Below are positions 48,632 to 58,180 of a stretch of DNA of 64,000 nucleotides, one piece after another (position 1 is the stretch's first letter; each line of letters starts with the position of its first letter). The position numbers and the translations under genes were made by a program. Origin of the DNA: Gemmatimonadaceae bacterium (lineage in GTDB: Bacteria > Gemmatimonadota > Gemmatimonadetes > Gemmatimonadales > Gemmatimonadaceae); the NCBI GenBank assembly GCA_035513015.1, contig DATKCV010000124.1, positions 1 to 64,000 of the forward strand, read 5' to 3'. The notes beneath the pieces are model-generated. The model saw only the letters and a list, made by a program, of their open reading frames with translations. It did not search any database and was not told the origin of the DNA.

Positions 48632-49698
48632 GCTTCGGCGAGCTCCACCACGGCGCCGTCGGAGAGTCCGCTGACCATCGCGGCCATGTCCGCGGCATAG
48701 CGGTCGGGAAGGGCCCGCGCGTCGCGGAGCGCACGCCGCCCGGGCTCTTTGAGCTGGGCGAGGGCGAGCGCCGCGCGAAACCGCACCCACCACGAGCGGT
48801 CGGCGAGCGCGCGGACGAGGTCCGGCACCGCGCCCGCCGCGCCGATCGCGCCGAGCGCCCGCGCGGCCTGCGCGCGGACGCGCCAGTCGTCGTCGGCGAT
48901 CAGCTCACCGAGAGCGGCTTCGGCATCGGCGTGGAAGTAGCCTCGCAGCGCCCGCGCCGTGGAGATCCGGACCTGCGCGAGGGGATGGTGTCGCAGCGCG
49001 AGCAGCGCACCGAGGCAGTGTGGATCGCCGAACGACTCGGCGAGCGTGATCCAGACCTCGAGCTTCGCCACCGGCGCGTCGGGACGGAGCCGCGCGAGAA
49101 GCGCGGGTGCCGCGTCCTTCCAAGCCGTTCGCAGCACCCCGAGCTGGAACACGCGGACGACGGTGCACCGTGTGTGCAGCGTGTCGAGCACGTGCTCGAT
49201 GAGCACCGAGTCGCCGAGCCTGTAGAGGCTGGCCGTCGCCGCCGCCTGCACCGCCGGATGCGGGTCGTCGAGGAGCCTTCGCAGGAGCGCGCGGTCGCGC
49301 ATGCTCGCGACGATGGCGAGGAGGCGCGCCGCATCGAGCCGGCGCCACCACCACCGTGACGATGACTGTGCCAGCACGCGGCGCACCCAGGGCTCCTCGC
49401 GCACCGCCCGCGCGAGCTCGGCGAGCTGCCCGGGCGCCACGCGCGACGCGACCGCCAGGGTGATCTGCTCGAGCGCATCGGGCGGCGGCAGGGCGCGAAG
49501 CGCGTCGGCGACCTCGCCCGCGCGCGCCGTGCCGAGCACCCACCGCTGGAGCGGCTCGGCGACGTGACTCGCCGCCAGCGCCGCACGCCGCGCCTGGCGC
49601 ATGCGGCGGGCGCGGTTGACGAACACCAGCAGCACGAGCAGGGTGAAGAACGCCGCCTGGCAGGCGGCGACGATGATGAGGATGGCCTGGTCCCTCAC
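48628..49698 (-). CDS. Membrane-anchored HEAT/PBS-lyase-like repeat protein
   Basis: One TM (ILIIVAACQAAFFTLLVLLVFV) followed by repeated HEAT-like units (DPHPAVQAAATASL, DDDWRVRAQAARALG, DRSWWVRFRAALALA). GTG start at 49698 overlaps the upstream stop. Confidence 0.6.
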   Translation of the reverse strand: MRDQAILIIVAACQAAFFTLLVLLVFVNRARRMRQARRAALAASHVAEPLQRWVLGTARAGEVADALRALPPPDALEQITLAVASRVAPGQLAELARAVREEPWVRRVLAQSSSRWWWRRLDAARLLAIVASMRDRALLRRLLDDPHPAVQAAATASLYRLGDSVLIEHVLDTLHTRCTVVRVFQLGVLRTAWKDAAPALLARLRPDAPVAKLEVWITLAESFGDPHCLGALLALRHHPLAQVRISTARALRGYFHADAEAALGELIADDDWRVRAQAARALGAIGAAGAVPDLVRALADRSWWVRFRAALALAQLKEPGRRALRDARALPDRYAADMAAMVSGLSDGAVVELAEA

Positions 49699-50582
49699 CC
49701 GCCGTGCCTCGCGCGGTCGAGCCACGAGGGGATCTTGGCCATCAGGATGCGCAGGTTGATCGGCTTGGCGAGGTAATCCATCGCCCCCGCGCGGTAAGCC
49801 CGGAGCTGCTCGGCCTCGCCGCCCCGCGCGGTCAGAAAGACGATCGCGTACGCGTCGGGCCGTTCTACCCGGAGCCGCTCGTGGAGCGAGAAGCCGTCGA
49901 GTCCCGGGAGATCCACGTCGAGCAGCACGATCGGCCGCCGGCGTCCGGTGTCGAGGGAGAGCATGACGTCGAGTGCCTCGGGACCGGTCGCGAAGTGGCG
50001 AAACGAGAAGCCGGCGGCGCCGAGCGCGTAGCTCAGCATGTCGGCGAGCGCGGGGTCGTCCTCGACGACGATCAGATCGGGGACGTCGCCGGCGCTGCCA
50101 TGACTGCCTTCGCCGGCTACTGCATCGCGATCCGGGCGTCGGAGTTCCCGGCCGTCCGCCGCCGGTGTGGTCGCCGGGTGCGGGCGCGCCGGCGCAGCTG
50201 GTCGGGCCGCCGCCGGCGCGTTCGCTGAGGAACCCGATGCCGGAGCTTGCGACGCATTCATCGCCGAAACGCCGCCCAGCCGTGCCTCGAGCGCGCCGGC
50301 GAAGTGCTCGGTCATCGCCGCGCGGCGCTCCCGCTCCAGTGCCGGGTCGGCGGCCCACTGGATGGCGCGCTCCTCGAACATGCCGGCGAGCCGGCTCGCT
50401 TCGGGAAACCCGTAGGAACCCGCCGAGCCATGGACGCGGTGCAGCTCGCGCCGCAGCACCTCGATCACCTCCGGTGCGTCAGGCGAGGCCGCGAGCTGCG
50501 CCGCGAGGCGGCGAAACGCCGCCACCGTATTGGCGCTCGTCTCCCGATAGCGCTCGCGCAGCACGCGCAGCGCCTCGGTCAC
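49695..50582 (-). CDS. Hpt domain - receiver domain fusion protein
   Basis: Hpt-like HRVHGSAGSYGF, then a receiver domain (IVLLDVDLPGLDG, LAKP). The start is uncertain (GTG at 50582, or up to 50741). Confidence 0.6.
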   Translation of the reverse strand: MTEALRVLRERYRETSANTVAAFRRLAAQLAASPDAPEVIEVLRRELHRVHGSAGSYGFPEASRLAGMFEERAIQWAADPALERERRAAMTEHFAGALEARLGGVSAMNASQAPASGSSANAPAAARPAAPARPHPATTPAADGRELRRPDRDAVAGEGSHGSAGDVPDLIVVEDDPALADMLSYALGAAGFSFRHFATGPEALDVMLSLDTGRRRPIVLLDVDLPGLDGFSLHERLRVERPDAYAIVFLTARGGEAEQLRAYRAGAMDYLAKPINLRILMAKIPSWLDRARHGG

Positions 50583-50772
50583 TTGCCCGTTCGGCGGAGT
50601 CCGGCGTGTCACGGGTCGGGTTGCTGCGGGAGGTGGGTGATCGTCGCAGGAGCGGGCCGGTGCCGCGGGACGCACGTGCGAGATGCCGCCGCCGGCCGAT
50701 GACTCCTTGGCAGATGACTGATGCTCCGGCCGGGGCGTCACGTCGCGCCGGGACCGCTCCGTTCACCCGGCC

Positions 50773-51138
50773 ATGCGACTGCTCTGTGTCGACGACGAGG
50801 AGGACATCCGCTCGATTCTCGCGCTCGCGCTCGGTCTCGATCCCGAGCTCGAGATCGAGCTCGTGGACTCCGGAGAGGCGGCGCTCGTCCGGGCGCCGGC
50901 CGGCCGGTTCGACGCCATCCTGCTCGACGGCATGATGCCCGGACTCGACGGCTACGAGACCTGCCGGCGGCTGAAGGCCGATCCAGCCACCGCCGCCATT
51001 CCGGTGGTGTTCCTCACCGCCAGGACGCAGCGTGCGGAAGTGGATCGCGCGCTCGCGTTGGGAGCGGTCGCCTGCCTCATGAAGCCGTTCGATCCGATGA
51101 CGCTCGCGGGCGAGCTGCGCACGGCGCTCGGCTGGTAG
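50773..51138 (+). CDS. Stand-alone response regulator receiver (CheY-like)
   Basis: MRLLCVDDEEDIR...ILLDGMMPGLDG...LMKPF. Confidence 0.85.
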   Translation: MRLLCVDDEEDIRSILALALGLDPELEIELVDSGEAALVRAPAGRFDAILLDGMMPGLDGYETCRRLKADPATAAIPVVFLTARTQRAEVDRALALGAVACLMKPFDPMTLAGELRTALGW

Positions 51139-51149
51139 GCGCGTCGGCC

Positions 51150-53141
51150 GTGTCCGCGCGCCCATCCGAAGCCGAGCGGTCGCGCCTCGAGGCGCTCCAG
51201 CGCTACGCGGTGCTCGACACACCGGCCGAGCAGGCGTTCGACGATATCGCGCGCCTGGCGTCGCTCATCTGCGGAACGCCGGTCGCGCAGATCAACTTCA
51301 TAGACGCGACGCGGCAGTGGAGCAAGGCGAGCGTCGGTGCACCCCGCGGGGAACTGTCCCGCCGCAGCGGCCTCTGCATCCGCGCGATTCTCCAGCGCGA
51401 TCCGCTCGTGGTTCCCGACGTGGCTGCCGACGAGTCCTTCGCCGCGCGCGCGCCGGCCGTCGGCGATCCGGCCGTGCGATTCTACGCCGGCGCCCCGATC
51501 GTGACCGCAGATGGCCACGCGCTCGGCACCGTGTGCGTGTTCGATCACCAACCTCGATCTCTGACCGCCGAGCAGACGGGCGCGCTCGCCGCGATGGCCC
51601 GCCTGGTGATGTCGGAGCTCGAGCTGCGGCGTTTACGCTCCGCGCGACGGGATGACGTGGGGGATGACGCGGCGCGCGAGCGCGGCGAGTCGTTCCGCCG
51701 GCTGGCGAGCGCCGCCAACGAGGGGATCACGATCATCATCGACGACCGGATCGTCGAGGCGAACAACGCGTTCGGCCAGCTGTTCGGCTACGAGGTGGCG
51801 GAGGTCGTCGGGCGGACGCCGCTCGACTTCGTGGCGCCCGAATCGCGGGACGCCGCCACGCAGCACGTGACGGTCTCGTCGGAGAGACCCTACGAGGCTC
51901 GAGGCAAACGGAAAAACGGGACGACCTTCGACATCGAGGTCATCATGAAGAGCATCCCGTACAAGGGCCGGACCGCGCTAGGCTGCGTCGTCCGCGACAT
52001 CACCGAGCGCAAGGAGATCGACCGGCTGAAGAACGAGTTCGTCTCGATCGTCAGCCACGAGCTGCGGACGCCGCTCACATCCATTCGCGGCTCGCTCGGG
52101 CTCATGGAGGGCGGTGCCGTCGGAGAGCTCCCGCCGAAGGCGCACGACCTCGTCCGGATCGCGCGGCAGAACGCCGACAGGCTGATTCGTCTGATCAACG
52201 ACATCCTGGACCTGGAGAAAATCGAATCGGGGAAGGTGCAGCTCCGGATCACTTCGCTCGATCCGGTGGAGCTGGTGGACTCGACGATCGCCGAGCTTGG
52301 CGCGATGGCGCTCCAGTACAAGGTGACGCTGACATCGCTGGTCACGCGGCGGGACCCGATCACCGGCGATCGGGATCGTGTGATCCAGGTGCTGACCAAC
52401 CTGCTGTCCAACGCGGTGAAGTTCTCGCCCGAGGGTGGGGTCGTCACCGTCGCGGCCACCGATGGCCCTCCCGGGTTCCTGCGGGTCGCGATCACCGACG
52501 AGGGACCCGGCATCACCGAGGAGCAGAAAGCGCAGCTCTTCGTGCGCTTCCAGCAGCTGGAGCAGGCGAACACGCGGCGGCGCGGCGGCACCGGACTGGG
52601 GTTGGCGATCTCGCGCTCACTGGTCGAGCAGCAAGGCGGCAGGATCGGCGTGGACTCAGCACCGGGGCGGGGAAGCACTTTCTGGTTCGAGCTACCGCTC
52701 GTTCCGGCAGCGCGGACCGGTGAGGAGCCGAGCGCGCCGAACGCGGACGTTGAAAGGCCGGCCGTACTTGTGGTCGAGGATGATCCGGCGGTGGCCCGAG
52801 TGCTCGGAATCATGCTCGGACGGCATGGACACGAGGTCGTCATGGCGGGGACGCTCGATCAGGCCCGTCGCATCCTGGCGCGCAGCCGGCCTTCGGCGAT
52901 CCTCCTCGACATGGGGCTCCCCGATGGAAGCGGGCTGGACCTGCTCGATCATCTCATCGGCACCGCCGGGCTCGAGCTGGTTCCCGTCATCGTTCTCTCC
53001 GGCGAGGGCCCGCAGGCCGATCATCGAAACTCCCGGGTGTCCGAATGGCTCACGAAGCCGTTCACGGAGCGGGAGCTCCTGCGCGCGATCAGTGGCGCCA
53101 TTGGAGAACCGGAGCCCGAGCGCTGGCACACACGACCCTGA
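51150..53141 (+). CDS. Hybrid sensor histidine kinase (GAF-PAS-HisKA-HATPase-REC)
   Basis: GAF region (PIVTADGHALGTVCVFD), PAS, H-box SHELRTPLTSIRG, HATPase GTGLGLAISRSL, C-terminal receiver (VLVVEDDP...ILLDMGLPDGSG...LTKPF). GTG start at 51150; the ORF-track N-terminus at 50721 is an out-of-frame overlap with the receiver gene. Confidence 0.85.
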   Translation: MSARPSEAERSRLEALQRYAVLDTPAEQAFDDIARLASLICGTPVAQINFIDATRQWSKASVGAPRGELSRRSGLCIRAILQRDPLVVPDVAADESFAARAPAVGDPAVRFYAGAPIVTADGHALGTVCVFDHQPRSLTAEQTGALAAMARLVMSELELRRLRSARRDDVGDDAARERGESFRRLASAANEGITIIIDDRIVEANNAFGQLFGYEVAEVVGRTPLDFVAPESRDAATQHVTVSSERPYEARGKRKNGTTFDIEVIMKSIPYKGRTALGCVVRDITERKEIDRLKNEFVSIVSHELRTPLTSIRGSLGLMEGGAVGELPPKAHDLVRIARQNADRLIRLINDILDLEKIESGKVQLRITSLDPVELVDSTIAELGAMALQYKVTLTSLVTRRDPITGDRDRVIQVLTNLLSNAVKFSPEGGVVTVAATDGPPGFLRVAITDEGPGITEEQKAQLFVRFQQLEQANTRRRGGTGLGLAISRSLVEQQGGRIGVDSAPGRGSTFWFELPLVPAARTGEEPSAPNADVERPAVLVVEDDPAVARVLGIMLGRHGHEVVMAGTLDQARRILARSRPSAILLDMGLPDGSGLDLLDHLIGTAGLELVPVIVLSGEGPQADHRNSRVSEWLTKPFTERELLRAISGAIGEPEPERWHTRP

Positions 53142-53294
53142 GGTCGCCGTGGAGCTGGGAGACCTGGGATGAGCCGCGCTGGTATCCGGAGATGAAGCCG
53201 CAGTTCGAGGCGATGCGCAGGACGTTCGGTGACATCGGCGACGCGCCGGCGCCCCTCGTGCCGCTCCGCGTCCAGGCTGCGCCGACGCGTTCGC

Positions 53295-54845
53295 CTACAG
53301 GCGGACGCGTCCCCTGAGCGACAGGCTCCAGACGCGATACTCGGCCGAGCTGACGGTGGTGGGGGATGCCACGTTGGCGAACGCTCCCGCGATGCTCCAG
53401 GCGAAGCCGGGAGCCGGCCGGTACGTGAGCGCCGCGTTGGCGCGCTGCGCGAACCGCGACGCGGTCGAGCCGTCGAATGCCGTGATGGTCTGGTGGCCGA
53501 GACCCACGTCGGCGTCCAGTCCCCACCCGAGCTCGGCGCCCAGCGCGGCGCGCATGCTGCCTTCGGCGAGGAGGTAGCGGCGTGGAGCGAAGTAGCCGTC
53601 GGCGGCGGAGCGCTCGTAGCCGAATGTGCGCACGCCCGCGGCCACCGACGTCCGGCGCGGGAGCGTCCAGCGAAGCACGCCCGTCACCGCATCGCGGCGA
53701 TTGGGCACGCTTCCGCCGGACAAACGGGTGATGCTGCCTCCTGCGCCGAGCGCGAGCCGCTGGTGCAGCGCCAGCTCGGCATCGCCCTCGAAGGTGGTGG
53801 TGGAGATGCCGGCGATGATCAGGGGCGCCGTCTCGTCGAACGCGGCTCGGCTGGCCCCGATCCCGAGCGACATCCGCTGTGCCATCCGGCCCGAGACGCG
53901 CGCGGCGATGAGCGGCTCGGCTCGCGTCCGGCTCGGCGCGGCGGGCGCCTCGCTTCCATCGAGCCGGGTGGCGCCAGCTTCACCGCGAAGCGTCCAGCGG
54001 CCGCCGGCGGGCGTCCAGCTCGTCACCACACGCGCGGTGGTGGCCGTGCCGCGTGCTGCCGCGAGCTCCGCCACCCGATGGCTCGCGCCGGCGCGGAGGC
54101 GCGCACCCCACGGCATCGCGATGCCGGTCTCGACGACGTAGAGCGTGCTGCGGCTGTCGTCGCTGTCGTTCGTCGTGGTGATTGCGGGCTCCAGCGACGG
54201 GGCGAGCTCCACCTCCACCCACCGGAGCTCGGCGATGGCCTCCTGGTGGCCTGGGCTGACCTCGATCGCCCGGCGCAGGGCGCGTCGAGCCGCGCCCGGT
54301 CGTCCTGCCCAACGGCATACCCGACCGAGCGCCGACCAGGCATCAGCGTCGTCGGGATTGTCGCGCAGCCACGTTTCATGCCGGCCGATTGCGTCGGTGA
54401 GCCGCCCGCTCCAGGCGAGCGTCTGCGCGGCGCCTAGCACCGCATCGCGGTGGCCAGGGTGCCTCGCCAGCACGCTGTCGTAGGTGACCATCGACTCGTC
54501 GTAGTGACCGCTCCAGGCGAGCGTGCGGGCGAGGGCGACGCGGGCGTCGTCGTCGCCGGGCTCGAGGCGCGCGTACTCGTGCAGTAGCCGGATCGACCGG
54601 GACAGCTCGTTTCTCCAGGAGAGAAGAGTCGCAAGCCGGAACAGCGCGCGGCTGGCCGTGGAGTCGCGGCGCACGACCTCCTCGTATTCAGCGAGCGCCT
54701 CGTCGTGACGCTGCGCGGTCCACGCTCGATCGGCCGCCTCGAGCACGTCCGAAAGCCGCCGCTCGCTCTGAGCGGCGGCAAGGGCGGGAACGACGCAGTG
54801 GAGTGCCAGGAGGAATATTGCGAGCCGGCTGATCTCGATGCGCAT
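53295..54845 (-). CDS. TPR-repeat + C-terminal beta-barrel outer-membrane protein (PgaA/BcsC-like polysaccharide export porin)
   Basis: Signal peptide MRIEISRLAIFLLALHCVVPALAAAQ, then about 5 TPR units and a Gly/Ala/Thr-rich amphipathic strand region ending in a aromatic-rich barrel closure. Start trimmed from 55016. Confidence 0.55.
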   Translation of the reverse strand: MRIEISRLAIFLLALHCVVPALAAAQSERRLSDVLEAADRAWTAQRHDEALAEYEEVVRRDSTASRALFRLATLLSWRNELSRSIRLLHEYARLEPGDDDARVALARTLAWSGHYDESMVTYDSVLARHPGHRDAVLGAAQTLAWSGRLTDAIGRHETWLRDNPDDADAWSALGRVCRWAGRPGAARRALRRAIEVSPGHQEAIAELRWVEVELAPSLEPAITTTNDSDDSRSTLYVVETGIAMPWGARLRAGASHRVAELAAARGTATTARVVTSWTPAGGRWTLRGEAGATRLDGSEAPAAPSRTRAEPLIAARVSGRMAQRMSLGIGASRAAFDETAPLIIAGISTTTFEGDAELALHQRLALGAGGSITRLSGGSVPNRRDAVTGVLRWTLPRRTSVAAGVRTFGYERSAADGYFAPRRYLLAEGSMRAALGAELGWGLDADVGLGHQTITAFDGSTASRFAQRANAALTYRPAPGFAWSIAGAFANVASPTTVSSAEYRVWSLSLRGRVRL

Positions 54846-55099
54846 CGATCGAAGGAGGTCGGGGAAGGGCGAGCCCCGGCGCGACACCGGAGCGAAACCG
54901 CGGTGACCCGGGGGCGACCGCGAGCGATCCGCCAAGTACAACCCGCCCTGCGGGGCCTTGCTATTCTCAGGACGCGCTCGCGGCGTTCCGGAAACACGCG
55001 CGACGCGAGACGACACGCATTCCCGCAGTCCGTCCCCGGATACTTGCGCTTCGGACGGCGGTGGTATAGGTATCCCTCGAAACCCGATGGGAGATCGAA

Positions 55100-55441
55100 G
55101 TGGCGTATCCCGCGCCCGACATCCTCCGAGGCACCTTCGACCTCCTGATTCTCAAGGCCCTCAGCTGGGGCCCCGCCCACGGCTACGCCGTCGGGCGCTG
55201 GATCGAGAGCGCCACCGGCGACGCGCTGGAGGTCGGCGAGGGCACGCTGTACCCGGCGCTGCACCGGCTCGAGGAACGCGGCTGGGTCTCGGCCAGCTGG
55301 GGGACGTCGGAGAACAATCGGCGGGCCAAGTTCTACTCCCTCACGAGCGCCGGGCGCGCGCAGCTCCGGGTCGAGGTGGCCAACTGGCGGCGCTATGCCG
55401 CCGCGGTGTTCGCCGCCCTCGAGGCGCCGGCGCTGCGGTAG
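55100..55441 (+). CDS. PadR family transcriptional regulator
   Basis: GPAHGYAVGRWIE...GTLYPALHRLEERGWV. Confidence 0.85.
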   Translation: MAYPAPDILRGTFDLLILKALSWGPAHGYAVGRWIESATGDALEVGEGTLYPALHRLEERGWVSASWGTSENNRRAKFYSLTSAGRAQLRVEVANWRRYAAAVFAALEAPALR

Positions 55442-55447
55442 CCGGCG

Positions 55448-58090
55448 ATGGGCACGTCACGGTGGGAGCGCTTCCGGCGCTTCGTCGGCCCCGATCCGAG
55501 GGGCGACGTGGAGGACGAGCTGTCGTTCCACCTCGAAATGCGGGTGCGCGAGCTGGTCGAGCGGGGCGAGACGCCGCAGCGGGCCCGCGAGCTGGCACTC
55601 CGTCGGTTCGGCGACTACGAGAGCTCCCGCACGGCGTGCGTGGAGATCGATGAACGAAGGAGACGACGCATGGTGCGCACGGAATACCTCACGGAGCTCC
55701 GGCAGGACTTCGGCTACGCGTTGCGAATGCTCCGGCGCACGCCCGCGTTCACCACTGTGGCGGTGGCCAGTCTCGCGCTGGGCATCGGCGCCACGAGCGC
55801 GATCTTCAGCGTCGTCCGCGGCGTGCTGCTCCAGCCGCTGCCCTATCAGGCCGCCGACCGGCTGCACGTCGTCCAGACGCTCTATCCCGACGGGACCGCG
55901 TATCCGGCGCTGTCGGCGCCGGACTTCATGAGCATCCGCGAGAGCAACCAGGTCTTCGAGCAGGTGGAGGCGTTCTCGGGCGCGACGCTCACGCTGCTCG
56001 GCGCGGGCGAGCCGCGGGAGGTGCAGGGGGCGACGGTCAGCGATGGCCTGTTCGAGATGCTCGGGCTCCGCTTCGCGGCTGGCCGGGGGTTCGTGCGCGA
56101 GGAGTTCCAACCGGGGCAGGGGCGGGTCGCGGTACTGGACCACGGTTTCTGGCAGCGGCAGTTCGGCGGCGATGCAACGGTGCTCGGCCGCACGCTCACC
56201 GTGGGCGGCGAGGCGTACGAGATCGTCGGCGTTCTGGCGCCGGACGCGCAGCTCCCGATGCCGGCGGAGATGTACGCACCGCTGGAGTACGGACCGACCT
56301 TCAGCGCGACGACGGGCACCGGACGACGCAGCGAGTTCCTGGGCGTGCTCGGCCGGGCTCGCCCGGGCTTGCCGGACGACGGTATCGACGCCGACCTGGG
56401 GCGGATCGGGACGCTGCTCCAGTCCGAGTTTCCGCAGACAAACGGGCGACTGACCTTCTCCGCCAGCGGGCTGGGCGAAATGGTGATCGGCGATGTGCGG
56501 ACCCCGCTCCTCGTTCTCTTCGGCGCCGTCGGCTTCGTGCTGCTCGTCGCTTGTGCCAACGTCGCGAACCTTCTCCTGGCGCGCATCTCCGCGCGGCAGG
56601 ACGAGCTGGCGGTGCGGACGGCGCTCGGCGCCGGCCGGGGACGCCTGGTGCGGCAGCTGATGACCGAATCGGTGGTCCTCGGAGTCGCCGGCGGCGCGAT
56701 CGGACTGCTGATCGCCTACTGGGGGACGAGGGCGCTCATCGCCGCACAGCCGGCGGACATCCCGCGCCTCGACCAGGTCGGCGTGAACGGCACGGTCGTG
56801 CTGTTCACGCTGGTGGTGTCGCTGGTGACTGGACTCCTGTTCGGAGTCGTGCCGGCGCTCCAGGCCACCGGTGCACGGCTGATGACCGCGCTTCGCGAGG
56901 GCGGGCGCGGCGCGCTTGGTGGGGCGGGGCATCGCGCGCGCGCCGGACTCGTGGTGGCCGAGATGACGCTGGCCGTGGTGTTGCTGACGGGTGCAGGGCT
57001 GCTGATCCGGAGCTTCATCGAGCTGACGCGCGTGGATCCCGGATTCCAGCCGGAGCGCTCGATTGCCTTCCGCGTGACGATGCAGGGCGACGAGTATGGC
57101 GAGGCGCAGCAGATCCGCGATCGCGTCGCCGAGGTGCTCGAGCGCCTCGGCTCGCTGCCGGGCGTGACTGCCGGCGCCGGCACCTCGCTCCTGCCAATGA
57201 GCGGACGTGGCTCGCTCTGGGACTTTCAGGTTGGCGACGCGCCCCCGCCGCCGAACGTGAACGCCGAGATCGGCATTGCCAGCGTCACGCCCGACTACTT
57301 TCGCGCGGTCGGCACGCGCCTCGTGCGCGGGCGCATGCTCTCCGAGCGGGACGGGAACGACGCCCCCCGCGTTGCGCTGATCAACGAGGCAGGCGCCCGA
57401 CAGTGGTTTCCGAACGAGGATCCCGTGGGGCGGCGCGTCACCACGGGCGGCGTCGAGCGCGAGATCGTGGGCGTGGTCGGCGACGTGCTTCAGCGCGATC
57501 CCGGGCAGCCGGCAATGGCGCAGCTGTACCTGCCCTACGCGCAGCGCACCACGCGCTCGGTGCGGATCGTCGTGCGCACGGCGGGCGACCCGCTAGCACT
57601 GGCGCCGGACATCCGCACGGTGGTCCGCTCGCTCGATCCCAACCTTCCGCTCGCCGAGCTCGCGCCACTCGAGCAGCTCGTCGCCTCGTCGATGGCGCGG
57701 CCGCGCTTCTACACGGCGCTGCTCGCGCTTTTCGCCGGCCTGGCGCTGCTGCTGGCGTCCACGGGCATATTCGGGGTGCTGAGCTACGCGGTGGCGCAGC
57801 GGACGCGTGAGATCGGCATCCGCCTTGCGCTCGGCGCGAGCGCCGGCGGCGTGGTGCGGATGATCGTGATCCGCGCACTGGTGCTCGCGGCAGCCGGTGT
57901 CGGTCTGGGGATCGTCGTGGCGGTCGCGATGGGGCGGGTAATCCGGAGCCAGCTCTTCGGCGTGAGCGTGATCGACCCGCTTACGCTCGGCGGGGTCGTG
58001 CTGGTGCTCGGTGCGAGCGCGGTGGCGGCGAGCTGGCTCCCGGCGCAGCGCGCGGCGGCCGTCGATCCGGTGAACGCGCTGCGTGAGTAG
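55448..58090 (+). CDS. ADOP-family ABC transporter permease (duplicated FtsX/MacB-like domains)
   Basis: PadR-associated N-terminal domain, two FtsX 4-TM modules, and a large periplasmic MacB-like domain. Confidence 0.85.
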   Translation: MGTSRWERFRRFVGPDPRGDVEDELSFHLEMRVRELVERGETPQRARELALRRFGDYESSRTACVEIDERRRRRMVRTEYLTELRQDFGYALRMLRRTPAFTTVAVASLALGIGATSAIFSVVRGVLLQPLPYQAADRLHVVQTLYPDGTAYPALSAPDFMSIRESNQVFEQVEAFSGATLTLLGAGEPREVQGATVSDGLFEMLGLRFAAGRGFVREEFQPGQGRVAVLDHGFWQRQFGGDATVLGRTLTVGGEAYEIVGVLAPDAQLPMPAEMYAPLEYGPTFSATTGTGRRSEFLGVLGRARPGLPDDGIDADLGRIGTLLQSEFPQTNGRLTFSASGLGEMVIGDVRTPLLVLFGAVGFVLLVACANVANLLLARISARQDELAVRTALGAGRGRLVRQLMTESVVLGVAGGAIGLLIAYWGTRALIAAQPADIPRLDQVGVNGTVVLFTLVVSLVTGLLFGVVPALQATGARLMTALREGGRGALGGAGHRARAGLVVAEMTLAVVLLTGAGLLIRSFIELTRVDPGFQPERSIAFRVTMQGDEYGEAQQIRDRVAEVLERLGSLPGVTAGAGTSLLPMSGRGSLWDFQVGDAPPPPNVNAEIGIASVTPDYFRAVGTRLVRGRMLSERDGNDAPRVALINEAGARQWFPNEDPVGRRVTTGGVEREIVGVVGDVLQRDPGQPAMAQLYLPYAQRTTRSVRIVVRTAGDPLALAPDIRTVVRSLDPNLPLAELAPLEQLVASSMARPRFYTALLALFAGLALLLASTGIFGVLSYAVAQRTREIGIRLALGASAGGVVRMIVIRALVLAAAGVGLGIVVAVAMGRVIRSQLFGVSVIDPLTLGGVVLVLGASAVAASWLPAQRAAAVDPVNALRE

Positions 58091-58091
58091 C

Positions 58092-58180
58092 GGATAGGGG
58101 ATAGGGGATAGGGGATAGGGGGACGAGCGATCGCGGGCTCGCGTCCCCTGCTCCCTATCCCCTATCCCCTATCCCCTATC
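58092..58180. repeat. Inverted repeat with arms built from heptamer tandem repeats (GGATAGG)x4 ... (CCTATCC)x~4; bidirectional terminator-like
   Basis: cggataggggataggggataggggataggg-ggacgagcgatcgcgggctcgcgtcccctgctc-cctatcccctatcccctatcccctatc. The right arm encodes the last residues (DEIGDRG) and the stop of the Gfo/Idh/MocA gene. Confidence 0.85.

Noticed and set aside
47127-48734. 535-aa - strand ORF in an alternative frame of the GT2 gene
   Set aside because: It is out of frame relative to the motif-bearing GT2 ORF and is Arg/Pro/Ala-rich.
50721-51149. N-terminal 143 codons of the hybrid HK ORF
   Set aside because: They overlap the stand-alone receiver gene in a different frame and are Arg/Gly-rich. 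The true start is placed at the GTG at 51150 just after the receiver stop.
53229-54437. 402-aa + strand ORF
   Set aside because: It is antisense to the TPR + beta-barrel porin gene.
55457-56932. 491-aa - strand ORF
   Set aside because: It is antisense to the ADOP ABC permease.
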